DNA of 64,000 nt from Chiloscyllium plagiosum (lineage: Eukaryota). Of this stretch, positions 61,386 through 64,000 are shown one piece after another. Both the position numbers and the translations under genes were made by a program. The notes under the pieces are model-generated. The model was not told the DNA's origin. It searched no databases and saw nothing but the letters and a program-made list of their open reading frames with translations. The stretch spans positions 15,395,031-15,459,030 of the forward strand of contig NC_057752.1 of assembly GCF_004010195.1 (NCBI RefSeq), in the 5' to 3' direction. The number at the start of each line of letters is the position of its first letter. The stretch's first letter is position 1.

Positions 61386-62205
61386 CATTCTTTTTGAATA
61401 CACGGTATAGGTGATTTTCCTCTGCTCTGTGTGTATTCAAAATAATGGGTACCCAATGAACACAGTCCGCTGATGTCTCAGCAACAAACCTAAATAAGCA
61501 TACAAAACAGGTCCAGAAACCCTGGCCACTCGCTCCTCCATCAAACACATCTCGGAAATGACTGCCAGATTACTCAGACCCCTTGGCATCATGGTAACTC
61601 ACAAACCCACCAACACGCTAAATCAGCAACGAATGGACTTGGAAGACCCTTGAAGACAATGAGTAAAACTAACGTCATTTACAAAATACCGTGCAAGGAC
61701 TGTAACAAACACTACATTGGACAAACAGGCAGAAAACTCGCTACCAGGATACATGAACACCAACTAGCCATAAAACACATGACCCTATCTCACTAGCAAT
61801 CTCACGTATGGATGAGGAAGGATACCACTTCGACTGGGACAATACATCCATCCTCGGACAAGCCAAACAAAGACACCCACGAGAATTCCTAGAAATATGG
61901 CATTGCAACCAGAGCTCTACCAACAAACGCATCAAGTAGACCCCATGTACCACCCCGTGAGAAAAAGAACAGGAAGTGACTTCACTATAGGAAATAATAT
62001 CATGAAAAGAAATGACATCACTAACCCAAAGAAACCCAAAGATATAAATAGAAAGTAGGAATAGTCAGCAGTGCTTCGCCTGAGGTCCACTGAAGATGTT
62101 ACCTAGTATGGTAAGGAAACGACTGGAAATGAACCTTTTAGCTCAGCGAGCAAACCGACATCCAAAACCTCAACCTGAGCTACAAATCTTCTCAAAACTC
62201 TATAG
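61384..62205 (+). mobile_element. Penelope-like element 3' portion (GIY-YIG endonuclease plus terminal repeat) with a short 5' inversion
   Basis: ISEMTARLLRPLGIMVTHKPTNTL...NVIYKIPCKDCNKHYIGQTGRKLATRIHEHQLA...FDWDNTSILGQAKQRHPREFLE. Confidence 0.93.
62086..62127 (+). ncRNA. Type I minimal hammerhead ribozyme of the Penelope terminus (mutated)
   Basis: TCCA-CTGAAGA-T-GTTACC TAGTAT GGTAAG-GAAA-CGAC-TGGA: helix I TCCA/TGGA, stem II and both core boxes are present. The cleavage triplet reads GAC rather than GUC. Confidence 0.7.
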
Positions 62206-62573
62206 AAAGACATACCATGGAAGAATGTGTTCACAGTTTTCAGAATGCTGAAATGAAGAAATTTTGATTGCATCCTGCAACTTGAGCCAGTATTCATTGA
62301 GTGCGGCAGAGGGATATTCTGTAAGCGGCAGAGCTATTTGTCTCACGCTATCTTTTGGAACTCACCTCATTAACTATCCATCCTAATCCGTGGTGTCTCT
62401 CTCACTCAATGCCAACCCGATTCTCCAACCCATCATGCCTGGAGGAATTCAGCATCGCCCGGATGCCCATGGATATTCTATGATTCGTGGAAATGCTACC
62501 ATCTTTAAAAGGCTAATGGGCACACGATTGAGCTTTGTCAGTTCGGAGCTGCACTGCACAGTTTACGCCGACC

Positions 62574-62800
62574 ATGGCAGATAAGGGGCAATTACACCAC
62601 GGTTTGTCGACAGGGGCATGGAGGTCCTGGTGGATGGCCTAGTACATAGGGGACCATTCTCTTTCCAGAGAGGGCCACACCATCAGACCCATCGAACATG
62701 GTCTGACCTAACCACCCAGCTCATTGCAGTATTTGCAGTCTGAAGAAATGTCCAGTAACACAGGACAAGCATCAATACCCTCCCTGCTCTTTCAGGACAA
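62574..62800 (+). mobile_element. PIF/Harbinger transposon Myb/SANT-like protein relic
   Basis: With frameshifts: MADKG..PRFVDRGMEVLVDGL...TILFP...HQTHRTWSDLTTQL.AV..V*RNVQ*.RTSINTL, fitting the pattern PRF...LE.L....W..IA..V....R...QC.K..NDL. Confidence 0.6.
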
Positions 62801-63274
62801 GGCTCACTGTATTCTCTCTGCTTTCTCACACTCAGTGCATAACTGTTATAGCATCTACCCCCGAACAAGGCTCATGCTCCAACACTCTCGCTATTGCATG
62901 CAGCACCCCTTCCAATTTACCCTCCACACTAATTACACCGCATTGATAGAACACTGTGTAATGACTTCCTCTGGAATCCTCACAATTCACCGCCCCCACC
63001 TAGAGCAGCATTAACATCAGGGCCACCCACTCCCCCCTCCCCCTCCCTTTCTCCCATTCCAGGTAGGAAGAGCCTGGAATAGGAAAGAAAGGGCCAAGCC
63101 GGGTAGTGGAGTTCCCGATATCTGTTTCCTTATCTCCCTCCCCCCGCAATGTGGGAGAACCCTGGAACGAGCTGGAGAGGACGGGACAGCTCGTGTGGAG
63201 ATTCTGAAATATCCACGTCCCACCAACCGAGACTGAGCAAAGCACATAACATTTTGGACATACAAACACACATG

Positions 63275-63530
63275 AAGTCATAAAGTCACATAGGGGATTT
63301 AGAAACAGACCTATCGGCTGATACAGTACATGCTGAGGATAATTTTAAACTAATCTAATCTAATCCCACGTTCTTGCACTTGGACTATGTTTTCCTAAAC
63401 CTTCTCTTACTCTTGTACTTAATAAAATGTCTTTTAAACGTTGTAATTTCACCCACATCCACCACTTCTCAGGACGTTCATTCTATAGACGAACCAAATG
63501 ATGTGTAATAAAAATGCATTTCATGTGTCC
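63275..63530 (-). mobile_element. Old CR1 3' end
   Basis: Minus strand WFVYRMN...EVVDVGEITTFKRH and a tail resembling the other CR1 ends. Confidence 0.65.
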
Positions 63531-63689
63531 TGATCAGGTATACACGAGGCCTTTGTGGCAAGATTGCTTTGAGTCTTGATGAGACGTTGTTTTAATTAAT
63601 AACCCAGATGAGGTGCTGGAATACAAGAGACTGACGAACGTGGTGCTATTATGAAGCAAACTGGAAAGGAGAAGACAGAGAACAACAGA

Positions 63690-64000
63690 TTGATGAGCCT
63701 GACATCAGTGCTGGGCAAAGTGTTGGGGAGAATCCTGAGGGACAGGATGTACATGTATTTGGAAAGGCAATTAGCGACAGTCAACATGGCTTTGTACGTG
63801 GGAAATCATGTCTCACAAACGTGATTATTTTTGCTTGAAGAAGTAACGAAGAGGATTGATGCGGGCAGAGCAGTGGACGTGATCTATATGGACTTCAGTA
63901 AGATGCTCGATAAGGTATTAGTGTATTAGTGAGTGTCTGGTTTGCCTGGTAGACTGGTTTGCCAGTCTCATGGAATACGGGGAGAACTAGCCAATTGGAT
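63690..64000 (+). mobile_element. CR1 RT fragment running off the window
   Basis: SLTSVLGKVL..ILRDRMYMYLERQ...QHGFVRGKSCLTN...AVDVIYMDFSK. Confidence 0.88.

Overview
Repeat-dense vertebrate genomic DNA, almost certainly from a shark or other elasmobranch. This is inferred from HE1/V-SINEs with (TAATC)n tails, matching CR1/HER1-type LINEs, SacSINE1-like Deu-SINEs and a GPR139/142-like GPCR relic. The window has three assembly gaps, and I can support no intact host protein-coding gene. In order it holds: a Gmr1-type Gypsy remnant (protease directly followed by integrase), a GPR139-like pseudogene, many nested CR1/Tx1/SINE/Penelope fragments, a decayed tRNA gene cluster (about 29-51 kb), a near full-length CR1 LINE with an esterase-type ORF1 (52.9-57.2 kb), a 65-bp satellite with higher-order structure (57.2-61.4 kb), a Penelope GIY-YIG end with a hammerhead ribozyme, and a Harbinger Myb relic. 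The tRNA cluster has about ten Glu/Asn/Ser/Asp pseudogenes spread by inverted and tandem multi-kb duplications. The two most interesting signals are this tRNA graveyard and a family of hammerhead-bearing palindromic elements. One related insertion ends at the predicted ribozyme cleavage site and sits between perfect 42-bp direct repeats. Boundaries of old repeats are by-eye estimates and family names were not checked against a database.
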